Source of the DNA: Phycisphaerales bacterium
GTDB taxonomy: Bacteria > Planctomycetota > Phycisphaerae > Phycisphaerales > UBA1924
DNA: 64,000 nucleotides
Direction of reading: 5' to 3'
NCBI GenBank assembly: GCA_965227775.1
Contig: OZ245777.1
Location: 1,664,001-1,728,000 of the forward strand
Both the position numbers and the translations under genes were made by a program. This document shows, in pieces, positions 42,223 through 51,054 of this stretch. Under the pieces are notes generated by a model that saw only the letters and a program-made list of their open reading frames with translations, was not told where the DNA came from and did not search any database. How positions within the stretch are numbered: the first letter of the stretch is position 1; every line of letters starts with the position of its first letter.

Positions 42223-43482
42223 TCACGCGGCTGGGATCGGGCCCGGCGTGGTGGGTCTTTCAGCACGGTGGCGGCGGAACAGCCACACGCACAGGGCAAG
42301 GAAGCCCGAGAGCAGCAGCAAGAGCAGGCCGCCGAGGATGAGCGCAACTTGGGCGATGGTCGCGCGGTGGCCGCCCAGGCCGAAGAAGCCGTTTGGCATG
42401 GCGGGCATGCTGCTGGGCTCGACCCACGCTGCGAAGAACTCTGCGTGGGTGTCGGGGTGCTGGCCTTGCTCGAGGCGCGCGGTGACGTAGGCGGTGCGGG
42501 CGGCGTGCCAGGCGTCGGCCTCAGCGCGGGCTTCGGTGTAGAAAGATTCGACTGGGGCGAGGGTGTCCAAGTGGTAGGGGTGCTCGCTGGGGTCAAAGTC
42601 CGAGAGGTCCATCTCGGGGTGCAGTGTGTCACCGCCTTCGGACAGGATCTCTTCGGCCCGCAGCCAGGCGAGGTAGGCCAGCGAGGAATCCCGTCGGTCC
42701 TGGAGGGCAAGGGCTAATGCGTGAAACACATCGAAGCTGTTCCAGCCATTGCCGAGGGCGACCAAGCCTGCGAAGCCCTCTGGCGCGTCGGCGTAGCCCG
42801 CGTCGGTGAGGGCGTTGTTGTACGAAACGCCAGGCCAGCCATCGTCAAAGTGGATGCGGTCGAGTATCGAGGTGTAGAAGCCGAATGGGTACCGGCCATC
42901 GTGAATCCCGGTCGGCTCGAGGATCCAGTCGATCGCCATGAGCTGGTATCGTTCGCGGCCAAAGTGTGCGTCGGGGTTCAGGGTGATCGCTTGATCGATC
43001 AGGTCGCGGGAGCGCTCGACGTCGGCCATGTTGGAGCGATCGGCGCCGTTGGCGAGCCAACGGTGGATGTGGAACGTCCCGAGGTTGGCCAGGTAGCGAT
43101 ACTCGTGGTCGCCCCGCACGTCGGCGTCGGGGGCGGCGCTCGGGATGACGTCGAGGGCGACACGCTTGCGGGCCATCCAGGCGATGGCTTCGTCGTAGAG
43201 CCCGAGTCGATCGCAGGAGACGGCCGCGTCGTCGTAGGCGGCAAGGTCCGCGGGATCGCGAGCGATGTCCGCCGCGGCCCGTTCGAGTCGCATCTCGTAG
43301 TAGAGCGGCGGGAATCGGTCGAAACGGCCGACGATCGTCTCGACCATGCCCGGCGCACTGGCGGCCTCGGCGCGGAGCGTGTCGCTGTCCCACAGGCAGC
43401 CGTTGTGTGCGGAGCCGCCAACGAGGAATAGTGCGGCCGCGGTTGCGAGGGCGAAGATCGAGGTGATCGCCGTGCGTGTCAT
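42223..43482 (-). CDS. exported, C-terminally anchored helical (TPR-like) hypothetical protein
   Basis: Signal peptide, CLWDSDTL, AITLNPDAHFGRE, C-terminal TM followed by RRHR. Confidence 0.75.
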   Translation of the reverse strand: MTRTAITSIFALATAAALFLVGGSAHNGCLWDSDTLRAEAASAPGMVETIVGRFDRFPPLYYEMRLERAAADIARDPADLAAYDDAAVSCDRLGLYDEAIAWMARKRVALDVIPSAAPDADVRGDHEYRYLANLGTFHIHRWLANGADRSNMADVERSRDLIDQAITLNPDAHFGRERYQLMAIDWILEPTGIHDGRYPFGFYTSILDRIHFDDGWPGVSYNNALTDAGYADAPEGFAGLVALGNGWNSFDVFHALALALQDRRDSSLAYLAWLRAEEILSEGGDTLHPEMDLSDFDPSEHPYHLDTLAPVESFYTEARAEADAWHAARTAYVTARLEQGQHPDTHAEFFAAWVEPSSMPAMPNGFFGLGGHRATIAQVALILGGLLLLLLSGFLALCVWLFRRHRAERPTTPGPIPAA

Positions 43483-43562
43483 AATTGTCTGTACGGAGGA
43501 TTGTCTACGCGGTTCTTTGCAGCCCGGGCGTGTATTGTTCGGACTTTGCCGGAAACGACACC

Positions 43563-45383
43563 ATGCCAACGCTCCTCTCTGCACGCGAACTCACCAAGGT
43601 GTTCCCGTCGAAGACGCTCTTCGAGGGTGTGTCTGTGCACGTGGAGGAAGGCGAGCGGATCGGTCTGATCGGGCCCAATGGCAGCGGCAAGTCGACGCTC
43701 ATGAAGATCCTGGCGGGCGTCCAGGACGCCGACGCCGGGGAGGTGACGCGGCGTCGTGGGCTGCGGGCGGCGTACATCGATCAGGAGGATCGGTTTGCCG
43801 AGGGGGCGACGTCTTTGTCGGTGGTGCGCGATGGGCTGGCGAGCGGCGACGATCACGACACCGATGCGACAACTCGAGCGTCGATCGCGCTGACCAAGCT
43901 GGGCTTCGTGGATCTGAATCAGCCCGTCGAGACGTTGTCGGGTGGGTGGCGCAAGCGGTTGTCGATTGCCAAGGCGCTCGCGGGCGAGCCGGAACTGCTG
44001 CTGCTGGACGAGCCGACGAACCACCTGGATCTCGAGGGCGTCGTGTGGCTCGAGGGCTTCGTGCGTCAGTCGCCCATCGCGATGGTGTTCGTGACGCACG
44101 ACCGGCGATTCCTTGAGAATACGGCCACGCGGATCATCGAGCTTTCGGCGGCGTATCCGGGCGGCGCGTTCGAGGCAGTGGGCAACTACAGCACCTTCGT
44201 GCGGCGCAAGGAGGCCTTCCTCGAAGCGCAGCAGGCGGCGCAGTCGGCGATCGCGGGCAAGGTGCGGCGTGATACTGCGTGGCTGCTGCAGGGGGTGAAG
44301 GGCCGCGGCACACGCAACCAGAGCCAGGTGAAGGCCGCGGCCGAGCGGCGGCAGGAACTGAAGGACACTACGGAGCGCAACCTCGCGCCGTCGAAGACCA
44401 CGACCATCGCCTTCAACGCGACCGAGCGGCAGACCAACAAGCTGCTCACGCTGCACGCCGTGAGCAAGACGCTTGGCACCAAGCAGCTGTTTGATGGCCT
44501 GGATCTCACGCTGACGCCGGGCCAGCGGATTGGCCTGATGGGCGTCAACGGCTCGGGCAAGACCACGTTGATGAGGCTCATGTCGGGCGACATGGAGCCC
44601 GACTCGGGCACGATCAAGCGGGCGGAAGGGCTGAAGGTGGTCACGTTCAGCCAGCACCGCGAGGCGCTCGGCCAGGACCAGAGCCTGCGGGAGGCGCTGC
44701 GGCCGGTGGGTGATTTCGTGCACTATCAGGACTCGCGTGTGCATATCACCGGGTGGGCCAAGCGGTTCCTGTTCGAGCCCGAGCAGCTGCCGATGAAGAT
44801 CAAGGACCTTTCAGGCGGCGAGCAGGCGCGGGTGCTGATCGCGAATCTGATGCTGTCGCCGGCGGACGTGCTGCTGCTCGACGAGCCGACCAACGATCTG
44901 GATATTCCGTCGCTCGAGGTGCTCGAGCGGGCGCTCATGGAGTTTCCCGGCGCGATCGTGCTGGTGAGCCACGATCGATTCCTGCTCGAGCGCATCGCGA
45001 CCGAGTATGTTGCGCTTGACGGTAAGGGCAACGCGAAGTGGTTCGCGTCGATGGAGCAGTGGCAGGCGGCGGTGCTCAAGGCCGAGAAGGCCGAGGTCGA
45101 TGTCGCGAAGCCCGAGCAGGTCACGACGGCGGCTGCGAAACCGAGTGCGCCCAAGCCCGGCAAGCTGTCGTACAAGCTGCAGCGCGAGTACGACGGCATG
45201 GAGGAGGCGATCCTCGAGGCCGAGGCGAGGCTGGAAGCGCTCGAGGCCAAGGCTGCCGACCCGGCGCTCGCGAGCGATCATGAGAAGGCGGCCGTCGTGT
45301 ACGCGGACCTGAAGGACGGCCAGTTGCGCGTGAAGGCGCTGTATGAGCGATGGGCTGAGCTCGACGCGATGCGCGGCGGGTGA
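43563..45383 (+). CDS. ABC-F family ATPase (Uup-like)
   Basis: Two ABC domains (GPNGSGKST/LSGGW/DEPTNHLD; GVNGSGKTT/LSGGE/DEPTNDLD) and a KLSYKLQRE C-terminal coiled coil. Confidence 0.93.
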   Translation: MPTLLSARELTKVFPSKTLFEGVSVHVEEGERIGLIGPNGSGKSTLMKILAGVQDADAGEVTRRRGLRAAYIDQEDRFAEGATSLSVVRDGLASGDDHDTDATTRASIALTKLGFVDLNQPVETLSGGWRKRLSIAKALAGEPELLLLDEPTNHLDLEGVVWLEGFVRQSPIAMVFVTHDRRFLENTATRIIELSAAYPGGAFEAVGNYSTFVRRKEAFLEAQQAAQSAIAGKVRRDTAWLLQGVKGRGTRNQSQVKAAAERRQELKDTTERNLAPSKTTTIAFNATERQTNKLLTLHAVSKTLGTKQLFDGLDLTLTPGQRIGLMGVNGSGKTTLMRLMSGDMEPDSGTIKRAEGLKVVTFSQHREALGQDQSLREALRPVGDFVHYQDSRVHITGWAKRFLFEPEQLPMKIKDLSGGEQARVLIANLMLSPADVLLLDEPTNDLDIPSLEVLERALMEFPGAIVLVSHDRFLLERIATEYVALDGKGNAKWFASMEQWQAAVLKAEKAEVDVAKPEQVTTAAAKPSAPKPGKLSYKLQREYDGMEEAILEAEARLEALEAKAADPALASDHEKAAVVYADLKDGQLRVKALYERWAELDAMRGG

Positions 45384-45388
45384 GCGGG

Positions 45389-46582
45389 TTACTGCTCGAC
45401 GCCGGCAACCCAAACGCGATCAACGGGGTTCGAGCCAAAGGTGTGGGCGAGCTCGCGTTCGTTGGTGTGGTGCAGCAGGATGGCGTCGGCTGTCGCGCCT
45501 GGCGTGAGGGTGCCGTGTTCGTGGAGTCCGAGCATGCGTGATGGTGTGCGCGTTGTCGCGAGGATGGCCTCTTCGGGTGTGACGGGCGGCGAGCCGTTGA
45601 ACCGGCTGGCGTGGGCGATGGCCATCGGCATGGATGGGCAGGGGGCGCTGCCGGGGTTGAGGTTGGTGGCGATGCAGAGGCGTGCGCCAGAATCCAAGAG
45701 GGAGCGCGCGTCGGCGTATCGGCGGTCGACATGGAATCCGCTGCAAGGCAGGACGACGGCGTGAGTGTTGCTCTGTGCGACGCGTTGGAGCAGCTCTGTT
45801 GAGCTGGCTTCGAGGTGGTCGACGCTGAGGAACTCTCGTTCTAGGGCGGCCTCGACCATGCCGAAGCTGGTGAACTGATCGGCGTGGATGCGGCAGGCGT
45901 GCCCGGCGTTCTGTGCATTGTCGAAGAGTTCGAGGCACTCCTCGAGATGCCAGGCGGCGGGCTCGGCGTAGGCGTCGATGTCGATGCCTGGGAACTCGGC
46001 GGTAACGGCGGGGCGTGTCTCGTCAATCGTGGTGCGGATGAACTGTTCGCGAGGAACGTCGGGGTCGAGGGCGTGTCCGATGCAGGCGGTGGGGATGACG
46101 GTGCCGGGGAAGCGGTCGCTCGCGTCGGCAATGGCGCGGAGCATCTTGAGCTCGTGCTCGGTCGACAGGCCGTAGCCGGACTTGACCTCGACGGCGGTGG
46201 TACCGTTCGCGAGCATGGTGTGCAGGCGCTCGAGCAGCAGGTCAGTCAGCTCTTGCTGCGAGGCGGCGCGCACGGCCCGGACGGTGGACATGATGCCGCC
46301 GCCGGCCTCCAGCAGTTCGAGGTAGGAAGCCCCGGCCAGCCGTGCGGCCCACTCGTCGGTGCGGTCGCCGGCCCAGCACGCGTGGGTGTGGCAGTCGGTA
46401 AAGGCGGGCATCAGGACGCGGCCGTTGGCATCGGCGTCGGCGCGATTGGTGGGGTTGCCGGCGTGGACTTTCTCGACTCGGCCGTTCTTAAAGCGAACCC
46501 AGCCGTGCTCGATGATGCCGAGGGGGCCTTCGCCGAGGGATGGGTCGAGGGTGAGGATTCGGGCGTTGGCGATGGTGGTCAT
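45389..46582 (-). CDS. hutI: imidazolonepropionase
   Basis: DCHTH, GASYLE...GGGIMSTV, EVKSGYGL, HADQF, DHLE, ATNLNPGS. Confidence 0.9.
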   Translation of the reverse strand: MTTIANARILTLDPSLGEGPLGIIEHGWVRFKNGRVEKVHAGNPTNRADADANGRVLMPAFTDCHTHACWAGDRTDEWAARLAGASYLELLEAGGGIMSTVRAVRAASQQELTDLLLERLHTMLANGTTAVEVKSGYGLSTEHELKMLRAIADASDRFPGTVIPTACIGHALDPDVPREQFIRTTIDETRPAVTAEFPGIDIDAYAEPAAWHLEECLELFDNAQNAGHACRIHADQFTSFGMVEAALEREFLSVDHLEASSTELLQRVAQSNTHAVVLPCSGFHVDRRYADARSLLDSGARLCIATNLNPGSAPCPSMPMAIAHASRFNGSPPVTPEEAILATTRTPSRMLGLHEHGTLTPGATADAILLHHTNERELAHTFGSNPVDRVWVAGVEQ

Positions 46583-47493
46583 GACCAGAACTTCTCGGTT
46601 CGCATCCCGATGCCGTGCAGGTAGGCGAGGCAGAGACGTGCCGCCAGCCGAGCCGTTCGGTCGTCGGTATCGTGCGGGGGAGACAGTTCCATGATATCGA
46701 AACACAGGCCCATGCCGAAGAGCGCAACGTCGTATGCGAAGCACTCGGCCTGCCGGGGCGAGAGGCCACAGGCGTTCTGGGCGCTCACGCCCGGGGCATG
46801 GGCGACGTCGATGGCGTCCATGTCAAGGCTAGCGAAGTGGCGGCGCCCGCTGAACACTTCTTCGGGCGGTGCCATGCCACCGCCGTTCGCTTGGAACCAC
46901 TGGTAGTGCTCGTCGGTGTTGGCTGTGAGATCGAGCCCGGCGACCGTGAGATCGCCCACGTGGCACTCTTCGATGAGTTTGCGAAACGGCATGCCCGAGC
47001 CCTTTGTTTCGCGTACGTCCAGGTGGGCATCAAGGTACACGCCCTTGAAGGGTCTCAGCTCTTCATCCAGTGTGCTCAGCACGCCGCGGACGAAGGGAAA
47101 CGTCAGGTCGTGCCCGCCGCCGAGGCCGATCGGGATGATCCCGGCTCGCGCAATCTCGGCGGAAGCCTCGCTGACGCGCCGGTGTGTTTCGTCGAGGTCA
47201 TCGCCCGCGGGCAGCACATCCCCAGCGTCGTAGACCGTCGGCCAGTCGAACAGCGCGGGCTTTGCGACCCCCATCCTCGCAAGCGAACGTCGGATCGCCC
47301 CGGGCCCTTCTTTAGCCCCCGGCCGACCGTTGTTCATCTTTACGCCCGTGTCATCGGGCATGCCAAGGATCGCCACGGCGCGCTTGCCATCCGGGTCGGG
47401 CTGGTACTCACCGATCGGTTTCACCGTGCTGGAGAAGCGGCCTGCGTGCGGCACGATCGGCGTCTGCGGCGGCGTCGCGTATGGGACTTCCAT
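46579..47493 (-). CDS. hutG: formimidoylglutamase (arginase family)
   Basis: D.GV..N.GRPGA..GP..IR, GGGHD, DAHLDVR, SG.PF, SLDMDAID...APGVSA; coupled to hutI. Confidence 0.88.
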   Translation of the reverse strand: MEVPYATPPQTPIVPHAGRFSSTVKPIGEYQPDPDGKRAVAILGMPDDTGVKMNNGRPGAKEGPGAIRRSLARMGVAKPALFDWPTVYDAGDVLPAGDDLDETHRRVSEASAEIARAGIIPIGLGGGHDLTFPFVRGVLSTLDEELRPFKGVYLDAHLDVRETKGSGMPFRKLIEECHVGDLTVAGLDLTANTDEHYQWFQANGGGMAPPEEVFSGRRHFASLDMDAIDVAHAPGVSAQNACGLSPRQAECFAYDVALFGMGLCFDIMELSPPHDTDDRTARLAARLCLAYLHGIGMRTEKFWS

Positions 47494-47502
47494 GCGAAGA
47501 TC

Positions 47503-49278
47503 TCAGGGCGTGAAGTGCGTGGGCGAGCCGGGGCCGACGGGCAGGCCGAGCGCAAACACCCAGACGTAGAACAGGATGATCCAGCCGATGAGGAAGGCGA
47601 TCGAGTAGGGCAGCATGGTGGCGATCATCGTGCCAATGCCCAGCTTCTTGTCGTATCGCGCGGCGACGGCCAGGATGAGGCCGAAGTAGCTCATCATGGG
47701 CGTGATGATGTTGGTCGTGCTGTCGCCGATGCGGTATGCAGCCTGGATCACTTCAGGTGAGTATCCCACGCCCATGAGCATGGGCACGAAGATGGGGGCG
47801 GTCGCGGCCCACTGCGCACTCGCGCTGCCGAGCATGAGGTTGATGAAGCAGCACATCAGGATGAAGGGAATGAAGACGATCGGTGAGTCAATGCCCAGGG
47901 CCCGGATGCCGTCGGCGCCGACGACCGCGAGCATGCGTCCGAGGCCCGAGTAGTTGAACATCGCCACGAACTGCGCCGCGAAGAAGACCAGCACGATGTA
48001 GAGCCCCAGCGTGCTCATGCCGTGGGCCATCGCGTCGATGATGTCGCGGTCGTTCTTCATGCTGCCCACGGTCCTGCCGTAGATGAAGCCAGGGATGATG
48101 AAGAAGACGAAGATCATGGCGACAACGCCGCGGAGGAAGGGGCTGGGCATGAGGCCGCCGGTATCCTGGTTGCGCAGGACGCCGTAGGCGGGGAGGGCGT
48201 CGATGCGGTTGAAGGGCGAGACGGTCGGGACGCGGAGTGCCCGCTTCTCAACGGGGCCCTTGGCTTGCTCGACGAACTCGACCTGCTGCTCGGGCGTTGC
48301 CTCCATGTACTGGGTGATCGTGACGGCGGGGGGGACCTCGACCTTGTTCGTTACCAGCGGCCCAGCGATGTAGGCAAAGGCGAGGATCGTGACGAACGCC
48401 GCGACGGCGGCGTGCTTGAGGCCGCGCCACTCATCCGGGGTGAGCCTGCTGAGCGACGGATCTTTCTCCACGGACTCGTCAGCGTTCTTTGGGTCGTACT
48501 TCCCGAGGCGTGGCTCGACGATGAACGAGGTGACGGCCCAGCCGAGGATGGTGACCATGCCCACGCTGACCTGCATGAAGTACCAGTTGACCGCCGCGTG
48601 GACCTCGTAGCCCGGGCTGACGATCTGGGCGGCCTCTTGTGTGATGCCGGCGAGCAGGGGATCGATGGTGCCCAGCAGGAGGTTGGCGCTATAGCCGCCG
48701 CTCACACCAGCGAATGCGGCGGCGAGCCCGGCGTAGGGGTGCCTGCCCAGCGAGTGGAACACGACCATGGCCAGTGGGATGAGCACGACGTAACCCATCT
48801 CGCTCGCAATGTTGCTCTGCACGCCGGCAAAGACGACGACCAGCGTGACAAGCCTCGGTGGTGCGCCCAAGACCATGGCGCGGATGACGGCGCTCAGCAG
48901 GCCACTGCGCTCGGCGACTGCGACGCCCAGCAGCGCGACGAGCACGGTGCCGAGCGGGGCGAAGCTGGTAAAGTTTGTGACCAGGTTCTGCACGAGCCAG
49001 CGGAAGCCATCGCCCGAGACGATGTTGGTAGCGACGATCGTCTCTTCTTCGAAGCCGCCGCCGGGGAGCGGCCTCTCGAACACGACCTGCCAGTTGGCCC
49101 AGGCGGCGATGCCGCTGACCAGCGCGACGATGAGCGCCAGCAGGGCGAACAGCGTCACGGGATGGGGCAGGCAGTTGCCAAGCCACTCGACGATGCGAAG
49201 GAACGTCGCGAAGGCGCGCCCCGGTGCGCCCAGCACCGACTTGGATCGACCGCCTTTGGAGGGTGCTGGTTCGGGCAT
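47503..49278 (-). CDS. AbgT family transporter
   Basis: EWLGN.LPHPVTLF, NFTSFAPLG, AGVSGGYSAN, SASAQWA, YRIGDSTTNIITP. Confidence 0.93.
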   Translation of the reverse strand: MPEPAPSKGGRSKSVLGAPGRAFATFLRIVEWLGNCLPHPVTLFALLALIVALVSGIAAWANWQVVFERPLPGGGFEEETIVATNIVSGDGFRWLVQNLVTNFTSFAPLGTVLVALLGVAVAERSGLLSAVIRAMVLGAPPRLVTLVVVFAGVQSNIASEMGYVVLIPLAMVVFHSLGRHPYAGLAAAFAGVSGGYSANLLLGTIDPLLAGITQEAAQIVSPGYEVHAAVNWYFMQVSVGMVTILGWAVTSFIVEPRLGKYDPKNADESVEKDPSLSRLTPDEWRGLKHAAVAAFVTILAFAYIAGPLVTNKVEVPPAVTITQYMEATPEQQVEFVEQAKGPVEKRALRVPTVSPFNRIDALPAYGVLRNQDTGGLMPSPFLRGVVAMIFVFFIIPGFIYGRTVGSMKNDRDIIDAMAHGMSTLGLYIVLVFFAAQFVAMFNYSGLGRMLAVVGADGIRALGIDSPIVFIPFILMCCFINLMLGSASAQWAATAPIFVPMLMGVGYSPEVIQAAYRIGDSTTNIITPMMSYFGLILAVAARYDKKLGIGTMIATMLPYSIAFLIGWIILFYVWVFALGLPVGPGSPTHFTP

Positions 49279-49363
49279 GCCCGCAGGGTACGCCGGGGGC
49301 CGGGCGTGCGAATAAACTCCTTCCAGCCGAGATTGTGTCCCGACCGAGACCCCGGAGCAGTGC

Positions 49364-50887
49364 ATGCCCAGCGAGAGCCGGCCCGCCGATCAGCATTCCG
49401 TCGCGTGCCCGGACCGCGCTCGCGAGATCTTCCTGGCGGCCGCCGATCTGGCCGCCGAGTACCTGCGTCGCAGCAACGACCCGCAGACGCCGGTGACGCT
49501 GAATCCACCGCCGAGTGCGATCCACCAGCGGGTACCGCTCAAGCTCGATGGGCCGTCCGTGCCCGTCGATACGTTGATGGAGCAGGCCCGCGACCTGATG
49601 GAGTTGTCGGTGCGCACGGGCAGCGCGAACTTCTCGAACCAACTCTTCAGTGGGTTCGACCCTGTCGCGGTCGTGGGCGAGTGGCTGACGGCGGTGATGA
49701 ACGCCTCGATGTACACCTACGAGGTCGCGCCGGCGATGACGCTGGTCGAGCGCGAGGTGATCGCGCGGATGGGCAAGGCCGTCGGCTGGACGGGCTGCGA
49801 GGGGCTCTTCACCCCGGGCGGGAGTCTCTCGAACCTGATGGCGATGCTCATGGCGCGGCAGCGGGCGCTGCCGAGGGTCAAGAGCCTGGGACTGCAAGAC
49901 TCCAGGCCGGTTGTGTTCACCTCGGCGGAGTCGCACTACTCGGTCGAGCGTGCCGCGGTCATCCTGGGCTTGGGCACCGAGGGCGTCGTGCAAGTGCCGC
50001 ACGACCGCTACGGGCGGATGCGTGTCGACGCGTTCGAGCACGCGGTGCGCCGGGTTCGCGCCGAGGGACGCCAGCCCATGATGGTCGTGGCCACGGCAGG
50101 ATCGACCGTGTTCGGCGCGTTCGACCCGATCGATGCGATTGCGGACGTTGCGGAACGTGAGGGTGTGTGGCTGCACGTCGATGGCGCGTACGGAGCGAGC
50201 GCCCTGCTGAGCGAGTCTCGGCGCGGATTGCTGGGAGGTGCCTGGCGGGCGAATTCGTTGACGTGGTGCGTGCACAAGATGCTGAACGTGCCGCTCAGTG
50301 CATCGGTCATCATCGTCCGCGAGTCGGGGCTGCTGCACCAGTGCAACGCGGTGCACGCCGAGTATCTCTACCACGCCGACAACGACGCGCCCGATCTTGA
50401 CACCGGCGAGATGAGCATCCAGTGTGGCCGGCGTGTTGACGCGCTCAAGGTGTGGCTCGCGTGGAAGGCGCGCGGCGACGCGGGCATGGCCCAGATCGTT
50501 GATCGGAAGTTCGAGCTCGCCTCGACAATGCGCGGCCTCGTGCGGGAGCGCGAGCGGTTCGAGCTTCTAAGCGATCCGGATGAGGTCGGTGGCGGGTGCA
50601 ACACGTGCTTCGTGTACCACGCGCCATCGCTGGATGGCCTGCCACCCGATCGGCGTCTGCGGGCCATCGACGCGAGCACGCATGTGCTGCGCGAGCGCGT
50701 GCGGCTGCGCGGCCGCGTGCTAACCAACTATGCGCCCGTGTTCGGCGTGCGAGCGTTCAGGCACGTTTCTGCAAACGATCGGGCGACAGAGACGGAGCTG
50801 GGGCTGATCCTCGATGAGATCGAGGCGGTGGGGCACGACCTCGACCTGCGACCGCTGGCCGACGCCGAGACCCGGCCAATTCCCTGA
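49364..50887 (+). CDS. group II PLP-dependent amino acid decarboxylase (GAD/CSAD-like)
   Basis: F.NQLF, MYTYEVAP, PGGSLSN, SHYS, TAGSTVFGAFDP, WLHVDGAYG, HK, IQCGRRVD..K.W..WK..G. Confidence 0.9.
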   Translation: MPSESRPADQHSVACPDRAREIFLAAADLAAEYLRRSNDPQTPVTLNPPPSAIHQRVPLKLDGPSVPVDTLMEQARDLMELSVRTGSANFSNQLFSGFDPVAVVGEWLTAVMNASMYTYEVAPAMTLVEREVIARMGKAVGWTGCEGLFTPGGSLSNLMAMLMARQRALPRVKSLGLQDSRPVVFTSAESHYSVERAAVILGLGTEGVVQVPHDRYGRMRVDAFEHAVRRVRAEGRQPMMVVATAGSTVFGAFDPIDAIADVAEREGVWLHVDGAYGASALLSESRRGLLGGAWRANSLTWCVHKMLNVPLSASVIIVRESGLLHQCNAVHAEYLYHADNDAPDLDTGEMSIQCGRRVDALKVWLAWKARGDAGMAQIVDRKFELASTMRGLVRERERFELLSDPDEVGGGCNTCFVYHAPSLDGLPPDRRLRAIDASTHVLRERVRLRGRVLTNYAPVFGVRAFRHVSANDRATETELGLILDEIEAVGHDLDLRPLADAETRPIP

Positions 50888-51054
50888 TATCGCTGCCTGA
50901 GCGTCACCGACCGTGTGATAACCGGGTGAATTGCGGCCACGGCGTGTTGCGCGGCTGACGTTGTTGCTGTATGCTGGGATGCGGAAGCGCGGGAAACCCG
51001 CGTCCGCTGCAAACGTGCAAACCCGATCTCGACGAGAGCAGAGGAGATGAGCTG

